NCBI GenBank assembly: GCA_964016885.1
Contig: OZ024742.1
Location: 58,590,001-58,654,000 of the forward strand
Source: Eledone cirrhosa
Taxonomy: Eukaryota
Direction: 5' to 3'
DNA length: 64,000 nt
Under the pieces are notes generated by a model. It made no database searches and was not told the origin of the DNA. It saw only the letters and a program-made list of their open reading frames with translations. Below, one piece after another: positions 1-12,800 of the stretch. Made by a program: the position numbers and the translations under genes. Position 1 is the stretch's first letter. Every line of letters starts with the position of its first letter.

Positions 1-1
1 T

Positions 2-353
2 CTGAGATCTGCATTGACTGTGAAATTAGCTCAGATGGACTTACATATTGTCGATTCTTTAGAAATCCCAACGGACGAACCTGACTATATTGAAAGTTTA
101 TTTGCTTCTAGGTTTTGGGGGTTTTCAGGTCTTTTTGTTGATGACACGGATTTCATGCCTCGAAACATCTCCATTGCTCTGAACAAATTGAAACACTTCA
201 ATTTAATGCCGGTTTATGGATTAAATGTATATAGTATGTTGAAACACGAGACTCTGGTGTTGACAGTGGCTGCAGTGGAGAAGATCGAACAGAAATTGTT
301 ATTTCAGCTTCATAAGACAGAAAAAGAAAAGAAAAGTACTGTAGGATATTGGT

Positions 354-355
<2 letters not shown>
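2..355 (+). CDS. MRPL4: Mitochondrial ribosomal protein uL4m, C-terminal coding part (5' part outside window)
   Basis: Frame is open from position 2: LRSALTVKLAQMDLHIVDSLEIPT...FNLMPVYGLNVYSMLKHETLVLT. This matches the animal MRPL4 C-terminal motifs. TAG at 353-355, AATAAA at about 460. Confidence 0.9.

Positions 356-405
<50 letters not shown>
356..405. repeat. (CT)n microsatellite directly after the MRPL4 stop; (TA)n tract at about 503-558
   Basis: Seen directly in the sequence. Confidence 0.95.
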
Positions 406-408
<3 letters not shown>

Positions 409-482
409 ACGCGCGTTTCGCAATTGATCAGCTCAAGGCTCGATCTGGCCCGATTCTGGAATAAAAAACTCGTCGGACATCT
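403..482 (-). ncRNA. Degenerate Penelope-type hammerhead ribozyme motif
   Basis: Minus strand reads UGU-CCGACGA...C-GAAAC-GCGC-GUC-ACA. The GAAAC-GCGC-GUC end is typical of Penelope-element hammerheads, but CUGA has become CCGA. Confidence 0.4.
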
Positions 483-500
483 GTTATGGATGTTGCAGTC

Positions 501-561
<61 letters not shown>

Positions 562-2598
562 GGATTTTGGTAGATAGATTGAACATATAAATATTGCTCT
601 GTTATAATATCGTACTAATTTAACAGATTTCACCCCCAAAAATGTCTCTATAAATTGGTGTTTTTTCTATAAGATATCGATTTATAAGCGAAATGTTTTA
701 GTTGTTTCTTTTTGTTGACGTTTGTTGTTTTTATTCTTCCCATTGTATTTGGCCAACTTTTCTAATTTATTTTAGTGGCAAATGATTTTGTAGAAGCTAC
801 TCTATATGTGTTTGTATTTATTAAGAATATGATTTTCAAAATCAACAAGTAATGAATATTCCAGTAAGAGAGAAAAAAAGGGGAAATACACGTCGCCATT
901 CTCCCTTAATTACACAGTACAAGCAGTGAATGTAAAATCCTAAAGGTTTGTAGGAGGCAAAAGAAAGGGAGAGACATAAAATGAATTAGCATCAGAACAT
1001 TGTACAAGATCTATGACTGGTAAACAAGGAATGGAAGAATGTACTTGCCTTGGCTCGGAATAGGAAATGCTGGATTGCTCTGACTGCCTCGTGTCTCAAG
1101 ACATGGGAGCTCCTAAGTCTAAATAAACTACCAATGTTGCAACTGGTAAATCAACCCAATTCTCCAAAACTTTGACACTCACAGAATGTAGGGGACTCCA
1201 GATTGATCAAAAATAGAGTTGAAAATATGTTTTGATTAAAATTCTAGAGTCAGGTATTTTTATTTTATTTTATCACATAGGAAGTGTTGAACCTGCATTG
1301 ATTCCGATGAGGGCGTTTCAGTTGATTTGAGCAACAGAATCGCCTGCTCATGAAATTAACATGCAAGTGACTACAGACTATAACAGTTTTCAGGAAGATT
1401 CAGTATGACACAAGGTGAGATAAATTTGGTCCTTTGAACTAGAGGTACAACTCATTTTTGCCTGTTGAGTGGACTGGAGGAGCATAAATAAAGAGTTTTG
1501 CTCATGGACACAATGCAATGCTGGCATTTAGAAGAAGTGGGGGATAGTGTGAGTTCCTCAGTTGTTTGGGATAGGAAGGGCATCAAGCCATAGAAAACCT
1601 CTCAAACAAAGGGTAATGATGACTCTTCAGCTGTATCATAGACATGACAACTTCCTTAGTATTAATGCCACAATAAAATGAGTATGGGATTGTGTATCAG
1701 GCCTTGGCGAACCTGGAGATCAGAGACTTTGCTTGAGTAACGATAGGTCTTACCCTGACTAGTTGTGAAAAATGGACACTAAAAGACGACTGATGATGAG
1801 GCTGGATGAAAGTTGGAAGAGACTGGATGAAGGCTGATTGAAGAAAACTAGATGAATATTGCTGATAATGATGATCTTATTTTACTCTTCTGACTTCTTG
1901 GTTCAAATCAAACTGGAGCTGAATTAACTTTTCATCACTAGTGTTTCTATAGGAAGAGGGTGGGGCAATATTTTGGTAGAACATGGGTCTTCAGAATGAG
2001 GCATATATATACCATGCTATATACTATGTCCATTCATGGTGGAGTATGTGTGGCATGGAATAAAAATGGTTGAGAAATACTACTCTAAAGCAATTGAGAG
2101 TGATTGAGTATTGGAGCCCAAACCTGACATAAAAATACAAGTCCAGAAATTTGTGAGGAAGAGAAAGTTGATTACATCAACCCCAGTAATTTACTGGTAC
2201 TTTATTTTATTGACCCTAAAAGGATGAAAGGGAGAGTTGAACTTGGAAAGTAAAGAGCTGGAAGAAATACCACAAAGCATTTTATGTGACTCCCTAACAA
2301 TTCTGCTCTGGAAATATATAAAATAATATAATACATATGCTGAACAAAGAAAACAAAAGGTGAAGTTTAGTGCTTAACTAGATCATTGTTTTACGATCGT
2401 TTCAGAAGGTTGATTGACCATGATAAGTCGATATAATGGCTAATCGATAGCAGTTATGCGACTCCATATTATTAGTCTTAGTACTATAGATCCATCTTAC
2501 TGTCTTCGTAAGAAACAATGCACAAAACTGTGCCTTTTGTTTTCATTGTTCAACATATATATATATGTGACTCTGTAGCTCATTGAATATATATAGAT

Positions 2599-2932
2599 GG
2601 AGGCTCATGGCTTAGTGGTTAGAGCAGTGGCCTTGCAATCGAAAGGTTGTGAGTTCAATTCTCAGACCGGGTGATGTGTTGTTTCCTTGAGCAAGACACT
2701 TTATTTCACATTGCTCCAGTTTACTCAGCTGTAGAAATGAGATGATAAGGACTGAGGTCCCTATCATTCCACTGAAAATTGGTCGTGGAGGTGCCACGGA
2801 AAAAAAGCACCTAGCACTCACTGTAAATGAGGTTGGTGTTAGGAAGGGAAGGGCATCCAGCTGTAGAAATCAAGCTAGAATCAGTTCCCGTCACACCCTT
2901 GCAAGCAGGGAAAAGCGGACGTAAAATGATGA
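2599..2932 (+). mobile_element. tRNA-derived CORE-type SINE with RTE-like 3' tail
   Basis: A box TGGCTTAGTGG, B box GAGTTCAATTC, CORE-like CCTTGAGCAAGACACTT, tail GGACGTAAAATGATGAT. Near-identical copies elsewhere in the window. Confidence 0.85.
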
Positions 2933-3046
2933 TAGAGAGAGAGTCTAAAGTCTGTCTCTAACACAGAGACTCATTAGGTTGGTGCTTGATTGAGAGTACA
3001 AGACTCCCTCCTGGACAAGACGTTAGTTCATCACAGAGTTAACCCC

Positions 3047-3298
3047 GCTCAGCGTTGCTGAAGCATGGAACAAACTTCCTGCATCAATTGTTAGCTGCTG
3101 AGACACTGCATCCTTTAAAATCTTCATGCTTCCTGAAATTCGCCAACACTATACCTGACATCCCCCCTCCATACACATGCACATGTGTATATCATGACTT
3201 ATACACTGTTCATTTTCCTGACGTTTGTACATTATTCTATGCACTATACATGAACCTTTTATGAGTTGTAATGCACCTGAGCACTGTACACAATAATT

Positions 3299-3329
<31 letters not shown>

Positions 3330-3330
3330 G
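3047..3330 (+). mobile_element. CR1-clade LINE 3' end fragment with (ATT)n tail
   Basis: Matches the 3' ends of the copies at 7160-7363 and 38670-38935. Confidence 0.8.
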
Positions 3331-3839
3331 TACTGCTTGTACACATTTTCAGCTGAGCTCAAGAACACAACCCAACCTGGTCCAGAAATAGAACCCTCAA
3401 CATTATAGTCGTAAATCCAACACCTTAATCATTAAGCCATGAGTCTTCACAATTTACATAGTTCTAGATTAAAAGATACAAACAGAGAATATTTTCACAA
3501 AGTCTTATTTCCACACTTGTGGGCAAACAAAAAAGTAATGTCTCAATATATTAGATGTTAATCCTTCATCAGGAAAGACAAAAGTTTGGCGAGAGAGGAG
3601 GTTGGAAGTTGAAGGAAAAATAAAAGGGTTTATTAGGATGAGTGAGGTGCAAATGTAAGTAGACCGCCATGTAGGGGTAGGTCAAAGTTGCAAAAGTGAT
3701 GGTGGAGTGTCCAAGTCTATCCTGTGTGTGAGTGTTGTTTTTATTTATTGTTTGTGTGCATGTGTTGGTATATATGTTGGAGTGGTGAATATTTTGCACA
3801 TGATAGTGTGCGTGTGTGGTATAAATAAATATATATATA

Positions 3840-5092
3840 TCTTAAAGTTAACTTGTCTAAGACTAAAGTTCTAGTTTGTAGGAAGGAAAGTAGGGCACCG
3901 GTCCCATCTGGGAAATGGCCATGCTCAGTGTGTAGGAAAGGAGTAGGCAGAAACTCCATTTTATGTCCCAAATACAAAGTATGGGTGCATAAAAGATGTA
4001 GTGGGATCACAGGTAAGCTAACTAAGAATATAGATTTTATATGTGGCCGGTGCTAGGGTGCAATAAGTAGCAGCAAGTGCCCACAGAATACTAGCTCATT
4101 CCATTGCACAGATGGTTCTATAGAAATAGTGGACACCTTCCATTACCTGGGTGACAAAATCAGCAGTGGGGGAGGGTGCTCTGAAAGTACAGTAGCTAGA
4201 GTCAGAACGGGATGGAAAAAGTTCAGAGAGCTTATACCACTATTGGCCGCTAAAGGGTTCTCTCTAAAAATGAAAGGCAGGCTGTATGATGCCTGCATAC
4301 GAACAGCAATGTTACATGGCAGTGAGACCTGGGCATTGTGTGCAGAGGATATACGCAGACTGGAGAGGAACGAAGCTTGCATGCTCCACTGGATGTGTAA
4401 TAGTAATATACGCGAACGGCAAAGCATAAACGAACTAAGGGAGAAATTAGGAATAAGAGGGATCAGATGTTGTTTACTCGAGAGAAGACTACATTGGTAC
4501 GGTCACGTGATGCGCATGAAAGACGACAGCTGTATAAAAAGTGCAGGGCGATAAAAATAGACGGTAGCCACAGAGTAGGCAGACCCAGAAAAACCTGGGA
4601 CGACTTGATAAATTCCGACCTCACACACTTACACCTCTCCAAGACAATGTCACTGGACCGAGACCTTTGGCGCTACACAGTCATACAGAAGATCCGCCTT
4701 GCCTAAGTACAAAGCGAAACCTACAGTCAGTAGGCACCTCTAACAAAATACACCCCCGTCCCACTACCCCCAGCCCATCCACACCACCCCCTTAAATGTG
4801 AAGTTATGTTGGTACCACAACATCCAGTCCGAAACAAATGAGGTCGTGTAGGTGTCACGACAAAAAAACTCACAGTCCACGCTGTAATGTGGCCGTGTAG
4901 GTAACACGGTAAAAACCTCCCAGTCCACACTGTAAACGTGGTTGGTGTTAGGAAGGGCATCCAACCGTAGAAAACCCGCCAGACAGTCCTATACGAGCAG
5001 GACAACAAATCTTGCCTCAAGTGGGAAAACTCCCGTCCAAACCCATGCAAGCGTGGAAGATGGACGTTAAACGATGATGATGATGATGATGA
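3840..5092 (+). mobile_element. RTE-clade LINE, 5'-truncated and disrupted, with 3' UTR and (GAT)n tail
   Basis: ORF pieces [12 protein letters not shown]..., FHYLGD...[16 protein letters not shown], homologous to 27322-29817. Contains a stop and frameshifts. Confidence 0.9.
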
Positions 5093-5099
5093 TAATATA

Positions 5100-5308
5100 T
5101 ATGTAAAAGGTAAACAGAAATAACAACACAATCGGTACAGTATATGGAAGGGATATATTAGGTTAATGCTTGATATAGCTGGAAGAGGGTCTTAACATTT
5201 CGGACGCTAGTCCTTCATCAGAAGAAAGAATGATAAATAAGATAGATTGAGGGGACAGGCAGGCTGGAATTGGAAAAAATTTCTTTAGATAAAAACAACA
5301 GGTCCATG
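5100..5308 (-). mobile_element. Short repeat carrying a minimal hammerhead motif at 5190-5225 (Penelope pLTR-like), copy 1 of 3
   Basis: Minus strand UCUU-CUGAUGA-A-GGAC-UAGC-GUCC-GAAA-UGUU-AAGA. Homologous copies at 60598 and 63650. Confidence 0.7.
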
Positions 5309-5688
5309 TGTGTGTGTGTGTGTGTGTTTATGCTCTGTAACTTACCGGTTTGAGAAAAGAGTATCAGAAACATAAGTACCAAAGTTGATATGATCAACTA
5401 CATCCAAGAATAGCCACTGTCCATTCATTGAAATTAGTAAATCAGGTTTATGATTATAGAAGAAGCATACCAATAAAAAAGAACGCGTTGGAAAGAAGAA
5501 AAAGATGGGACAACATACACAATCACACTCTACAACAAGAAATGCTGGTATTGCTTTCTAAATATTGTTGAGGTCAGCTAAAACATTCACATTACCACAG
5601 GTTATAGCAAAACTAAGTTGCTGAAATAGTCAAGCACTCTCTTGAGCATCCCTTGGAAATTAAGTATGGTGCTCTGCCAACAGTTGTT

Positions 5689-5905
5689 TTAACCCTTTAG
5701 CATTTAAACCGGCCATATCTGGCCAGAATTCTTTCACCTCTTTCTGTTCAAACCAACTGTAATCGGCCGTTCATACTGATGTTAAGGTATTGTTCTCAAA
5801 ATAAATAACATCAAAATCTCATAGATTCGATATTATGTGAGGTAAAGTCTTTACTGTGAAAATACAATAGTATATATAGAGTAATGTAAATGCTAAAGTG
5901 TTTAT
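5689..5905. mobile_element. piggyBac-like MITE
   Basis: Termini TTAACCCTTTAGCATTTA ... TAAATGCTAAAGTGTTTA. Inverted copy at 38236-38444. Confidence 0.6.
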
Positions 5906-6344
5906 ATTTAACTAAAAACCTTCCATCATCATTTCTTGTAAGCTTTGTTAAGTTATGCTCTGAACACCAGCTTAATAATGAGGAAGTTAGTTATGTTGCT
6001 AAATTCTTGATGATGTAAAAGTCACAGACAATGTTTTTCGTGAGAAATATTTTAATGAAATCCTTCTTGTTCAAAGCTTAGTTTAATAAACTGGATGTAA
6101 TTTGATGGAGATCATCAATCTACTACCAAAAGAACACTCATTGAGAGAGCCTCTTTAGATTTACTAAACCCTCTCATTACCATATTTCTTATAGAAGACA
6201 CAAATAATTCTGAAAATAATCAAGAATTTGGAGGGATTTAGTAATATAATTAACTTTATTGTTATTAAGCTGGAGTTTGGAACATAACTTAAGAAAAGAT
6301 GGTATTCAGCTAAATATAAACCTTTTCATTACCCTATTTATAAT

Positions 6345-7363
6345 AGAAGAGAAACCATTGTCATCTGGTGTACCACAGGGATCTGTTCTTGGCCCCCTTT
6401 TGTTTGTGGCATATATTAATGACATAGATGCCAACTTAAAAAATGCCACAGTACTGAAATATGCAGATGATATCAAGCTGTACCTTGAGATAAAAAGGAC
6501 AGATCTTGAACACTATAGATCTTGCCTGCAATCTGACCTGGACACAATGCAACAATGATTCATGGACTGGCAACTCAAGCTGGCTGTGGACAAGTGTACC
6601 ACCATGCATTTTAGAAGTAAAAACCCAGCATCCATATACTCCCTCCACAACACTAATATCAAGAAGTCTTCTTGTGAACGTGACCTGGGCATTACTGTTA
6701 GCAGTGATTTGCGTTGGACGAAGCACGCCTCTAAAATTGACAAGAAGGCCGAGGGTGTCTTAGCATCACTCAGCAAGACCTTTGTCAGCTGCTCTCCGCT
6801 ATCTATTTAAAGCTGTATATAGCTATGGTGCAGCCACACTTAGAATTTGCATCACCTGTCTGGAACCCCTATCTTGCTCAGAACATTGACCGCCTGGAAA
6901 CCGTTCAGAGACGTGCAACCAAGCGAATACCGTCCATCAGGCATCTACCATACTCTGAACGCCTTGCTTCCCTGGTCATGGATACATTGAAGCTCCGACG
7001 TCTGGCAACTGAGTTGGTAAACACCCATAAAATTATCAACCATTTTGCCAACAACAACCCTGAGTACCTTTTTGATTTCCATGTGTCTAACACACGTGGA
7101 CATGCCAACAACGTCAGAAAACAGCACAGCTCCCATGACTTTCGGAAACATCTTTTCACGCTCAGAGTTGCTGAAGCATGGAACAAACTACCTGCATCAA
7201 TTGTTAGCTGCCGAGATACTGCATCCTTTAAAACCTCCATGCTTTCTGAGATTCGCCAACATTCACCCCTGACATTTGTATATTGTTCTATGTACTATAC
7301 ATGCACATTTGATGAGTTGTAGTGCACTTGAGCACTGTATACAATCATTTCATTATTATTATT
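6345..7363 (+). mobile_element. CR1-clade LINE RT fragment (5'-truncated, disrupted)
   Basis: SGVPQGSVLGPLLF, KYADD, ERDLGI, PHLEFASPVWNPY, LETVQRRATK, (ATT)n tail. Contains a stop and a frameshift. Confidence 0.9.
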
Positions 7364-9455
7364 ATAATCAAGAATTTAGAGGGATTTAGTACATAACTAA
7401 CTTTCTTGTCCTTTTATAAAGATGAATTTCTCTTTGTAAAACGGTTGTATCAAACGATAGTCAGTGGTGTAAGGGAGATAACTCTTAATTTCTGAAACTG
7501 AAAAAGATTTAAGTTAATTCGGCAAAAAGGATAATTTGGCACAGTTCGGGAACCAAAGGTGTCGGAAAATAATATTTTTTCTTATATAGACACAAGGACA
7601 ATTTTTTTCATGATGGGTTATGGGTTGTAGTCGATTTAAGTGGCTTCAGTATTTGACTTGTACTTAATGCATCGACATCGAGAGATATGAAAGTCAAAGT
7701 CTAACTCTTGAGAATTTCAAAAAACTTAAGAAACAGACTCCAGCAGATTGACAGAAGGTAATTTAATATTACTACAAAGCATCGTAGATACTAATAAAAA
7801 TCATAATAGAACATAATAGATGGCGACATCGGTAGCATTTGAATTCAGAGCGTTAAGTTACACCATAAGGTATTTTGGTGAAATTCAAGAAAAGCAGCGT
7901 AATGAAAAATAAGACCAACTATAAAAAGGTCTCAAGCAGAGCTTCTCAAAGTGGACGCTACCGCCCTCAGGGGTGAGAAGGTTCAGGTTGCGCTAGGGCC
8001 TAAGGGGACAGTGGTGGCTAGATATTTTATAATAGAATATTAAATATCAAATGATACATATTCTATATAAATATAGTAAAATAAAAAAATACATATTTAT
8101 TTATTCATAGTATATATTATATTATTTATTATATATAACTTAACGATTTTATTTATATATTATTTACAATTTGCGTGTAGGCAGGTCTCTTTGGGAATGG
8201 GGTTGGAAACGCTGAAGGTATTACGTATGCCTCAAAATCGAAGACTTATAAGGCTGGTGTTTATTCCGGTTTCCCTGGCGTTAAGCGACTGAGATTACAA
8301 GACCCTTCCTCTGAACTAGGCACCAGTCCACCAGTGTTAACCCTCCCAGCTACTGCTGGCACTCATTTTCAGCTGATAATACTGGAGCAACGTGAAATGA
8401 AGTGTTTTGTTCAATAACAAAATACATAACCCAGTTCAGGAATCGAACCTACGACATCATGATAGTAAGGAAAGGGTCTGTGTAAAAAATAACACCATTT
8501 TCCTGAATTTTTCAAAACGAAGAGTCATTTTAGTGATGATATTTTTTTAGTTTCAATTTATTAAGTTTTGAAATTTCATTTCAAATACAAACATATATTT
8601 ATAAATAAAAAATGTAGGTAGGGTGCTAAAAATTCTACTTTCAAACCAACTTAAAACGACGTTTCAGTTAATCAAGGATGACAATTTAAAAAGAAAAAAA
8701 AACACATTTCGTTTCGGTAATTCAGGAAATTCTAGATTTTTTTTATTTTATCACCCACATTTATTTCTGGTTTCATTTTTAATCAAACATCTTTTCTCGA
8801 ACTTTACCAGTATTTCGCCCGACATTCAAATGAAAAAAATTAAACTTATAATTGAATTAATACCAACTGGTGCTTTTTCGTTATTACCTCGCATTTCAAA
8901 TTGAAACGGACATTACGCAATAATAACCCATAACACGAGCTCTAATTTATCTATATATATCAATTTAAATGCGAGGTAACAACAAAAAAGTACCCAACAA
9001 TTATTGTTGCGTAAGAAACAATGGGAAATATTTTAATGTAAAGTTGTAACAGAGTTCCGGTAAGCAACACATGCTCAATAAAACGCCCATGTGTATATAA
9101 TAGACAGAGAAATATAGGAGGAGAGAGAGAATATAAGATATATATATATATATATATATAATAGAATAATCGAGTATCGGAAAATCAGCTCACGGATTAA
9201 CGATAAACAAGTCCGACATGAGTGGCAGAGGGCTCAATAATTCAGATAAATCAGAGCTATAACTATCGTTAAAATACCAACACACAAAGATTATGCCTAA
9301 AATCACCCATGCAGCCGAAAAAGAACGACCAGGAAGATTCGGGTCACTCAAATAAAATATCAATAAATATATATATTATATATACTCCAGTCCTACAAAT
9401 TGTAGAGTGCTTCTTATCTGCATTGCTTTATTGTACTACAATAAAACTCGCCTCC

Positions 9456-9508
<53 letters not shown>

Positions 9509-9798
9509 AGAGAGAGAGAGAGAATATAGAAAGGTATGCTATATATATATATATATAGATATATATTGAGAGAGAGAGAATATAGAAAGGTATGCTATGT
9601 ATAGGGAGAAATGAAAAATTATATTGAGAGAAAGATATAAAGTTAAATAGGGAAAAAGATAAAAAGAAAGATATAGAGTTATATAGAGAGAAGGGTAAAA
9701 AGAAAGATATAAAGTTATGTAGGGAGAAAGATATAGAGTTAGATAGAGAAAAAAGAGCCTCGTTCTGATACGCAAGCCATCCATTAAAATTTATAATC

Positions 9799-9832
9799 AT
9801 GTTTGGTGGTTCATCTCCAATTATTGTTCTCA
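9799..9832 (+). CDS. CCT3: CCT3 exon 1 ([11 protein letters not shown])
   Basis: ATG at 9799, donor GTAAGT at 9833. Confidence 0.85.
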
Positions 9833-12800
9833 GTAAGTTACAATTAAATAACATTAGTAATTCATTAGTAAACTAACAGAAAGACATTTATTAAATCCTA
9901 ATCTAATGTATTTTCAGATCAAAATACCAAACGTGAGTCTGGTCACAAGGTACAGTTTGGTAATATAAAGGCCGGTAAGGTAAGTCTTGCTTTTTCTTCA
10001 GAGAAGCACATGGACGAACATCGAGAATGTTCTTTGAAACAATTCATCTCTTTTTATATTTGTCCCTCTTTATTCTTTCTTTATAATATTCAAATTTTAA
10101 TCTATCTGAAATGCTAGTCTTTGCATTTTGTCCTCTGTTATTTCATATAATCTTTTTTATCGAAGTTTTTTTTTTTTTCCTATTAATTAATGAATCATAA
10201 GATTATAAGTCGGGGATCACTTTTCTTTTTCAATTTCTTTCTCTGTTTTAATCTATTATATAGTATTAAATCTAATTGTTTCTATTTTCACTTGTGCTTA
10301 TAAGTTGCCTTTATTTCACAAATTTAAACATTCGTTTGTTCATTTGACATCGTCTACATCACGTGTGTGCATATATATGAGTGTCTCGCTTTCTCTTGAT
10401 TAGCTTTATATGGCCTGCCTGTAGATATAAGGTTCCCGGCAGAACTGGCACCCGGGTTCGATACCCGGTGACATTAGCAGCCACCACCATCTTCAATGTC
10501 TGTCAAACTGTCGACGTTACCCTACTAAACATATCTAGAAAATTATTTCCATGTCTGTATTATAAGGCAGTATTCGTCATCGTTACAACTATTCATTGCC
10601 CCCTTCCCCATACACACCATTTATGTATATTATATATGTATATTTAATCTACCTTCATCATGTGAACATTATAATTATGACCATCTTTTATCGATAAACT
10701 CAATTGCAAGTGTTGTCTTTTGTGTCTGGGTATCTAATTAGGGAAAGGAATAAACACCACTTCACTATCCCCATGTCTATATCCAACTACATATTCTCTA
10801 TAATTCCATACCGCATTAAACCAGGAGATATAGAATACCGATTTAAAAATATATTTCATTGTAAAGCTAAATTATAATAAGGAAGATTAAATATATATAA
10901 GAAAAACGAAGTACATAATACAAGATATATGCATTATATTATCAAGTTTATTCTTGCTTTGTTCAAACACCATCACCACATACACCTGACAGAAGCCTTG
11001 GATACAGGGTTATTAGATCTATTTTATAGAAAAGTAACGTAAAATTTCCAAAATGTAGCAAATGAAACTTTTGTTAGAATATGAAAGAATACATATTTAA
11101 TGATTAGCTGTAGGTTAGTCTAAGTTACATAGTAAATAAAGTCAAGGAATTACATTCTGTAATGATTTAGCAGAAAATATCGAAAATTCAAATGTTTATG
11201 ACATTTTAACTTCTTGACAGATAGTTGAGAAAATTTTTAATAGTAAAGACATCGATTTTTAATGTGATGCAGTCACAGTGCTGTTTTATACTTTTCAAGA
11301 CTTTTGCTAATGCGGTTTCATGTACAGAACTGCCAACCTCTAAAAACCCAAACGGAGAGTACCATGAAAAAAAGTGCCCCAAAACGGGGGAGAAATAAGG
11401 CAAAATGGGGAGCATTTTACATAATAATAATAATAATGAAATTAATGAAAGCTATACCTATTTTCACAAAAGAAGCCATTTCTCACTTATCCCAAAGTGG
11501 GTGGGAAATCTCCCTGTAGTACAGGATGTTGTTAAAAAAAAAAACAGCGAGCAGTCTTTAAAAGCAGCGCGAGTCGCTACTTGTCCCAAACTGGTAACCT
11601 TGTTTTCAATACTTGAGTTGACTTCAGAATTTCAGTTATTGTCTTTTGATCTGGCGACCTAACATCCAGTAATGATTGAGTAGAAAATATCTAAAAACAA
11701 TTATTCATGCAAATGTTTATATTATCTTTACTAGTGGACTGATCATTGTGAATAATTGAAGTATTTATGATGCATAGTGTTCTTTTGTATTTTTCAAGAA
11801 TGTCTTGCTAATGTCGTTTTATGTGGTTTATTGATTCAAATGTTCATAGTATTTTTACTACATAAAACTGCATGAGCAAGACATGTACAAAACAACATTG
11901 TAACTACTGCATCACATTAAAAATGAAAGAATACTGCAAATTTCACAACAATGTACTCTTGTAAAGATACTATAAACATTTGAATTAGCAAACCTGTTTT
12001 TAGACGTTTCCTGCTAAATCATTACAGTATGTTAAGTTAATAGAATGCCATCCATAAAAGTACAATATATTTTAGTCTTTTTAATATAAATTATGATAAT
12101 TACACATTGAATAGTCTAGTCTATGTATTTCAAATCAAACTGTTAAGCTTTTACCATTTTATTTTGTCAAAATTGTGTTGAATTTAGGACAGTTTTATGC
12201 TGTTAGAAAATTATAATTTACATATCATCTGTATATCATAAGAAGTGACTAAAAGGTTTAGTACCAAGAAGGACATCTGGGTGTAAAACATTGCCTTAAA
12301 ACGCCCTATAATTAATAGGAAGACTCGTAGATCCTCAGGGCTAAAGCTTGCTTTAGCATGGAAAATGGCATTAAAACACTTATAATGGATGTTTTTCCAT
12401 ACATGCACGAGTGAAATAAGTCTTCTCCAATATGCCACCTAGCCACTGGTAGTCTATTGTTACCTCAATTTCGAGGTGCAGCATCCTGAGATTAGCTATC
12501 ACTACTTCTCATATCTTCCTTGATTTTGCTCTTCAGCAAGTTCCTTCCATTTGGATTGATTTGCATTTTATCCTGTCATCTTCCATATACATCATAGGTC
12601 TATACCAGTTCGGTCTCTTCTGTTCTACACTAAATCTGATTCCTCTTATATGCAGTTTTTTTTACTCAACGTTCCAGCATTCATACACTACTATCATCAG
12701 ACATCCAGTGGAGCTTCAATTTTAGTCCTTGTACACCCTCTATATTCACTACCTATGTTTTGCTACTATGCAGCATAAGCATAATACAATCTGCTTTTTA

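Noticed and set aside
349-573. Short ORFs with SLSL, YIYI, CVCV or HTHT runs throughout the window
   Set aside because: They are microsatellite translations.
2599-2675. tRNA-like sequences at SINE heads
   Set aside because: They continue into CORE and LINE-tail sequence, so they are SINEs, not tRNA genes.
10018-10040. Heat-shock-element-like GAATGTTC in CCT3 intron 2
   Set aside because: Only two perfect nGAAn units, which is expected by chance.
10445-10472. CCGGGTTCGATACCCGG tRNA T-arm
   Set aside because: No D arm, anticodon arm or acceptor stem; probably a tRNA-derived repeat fragment.
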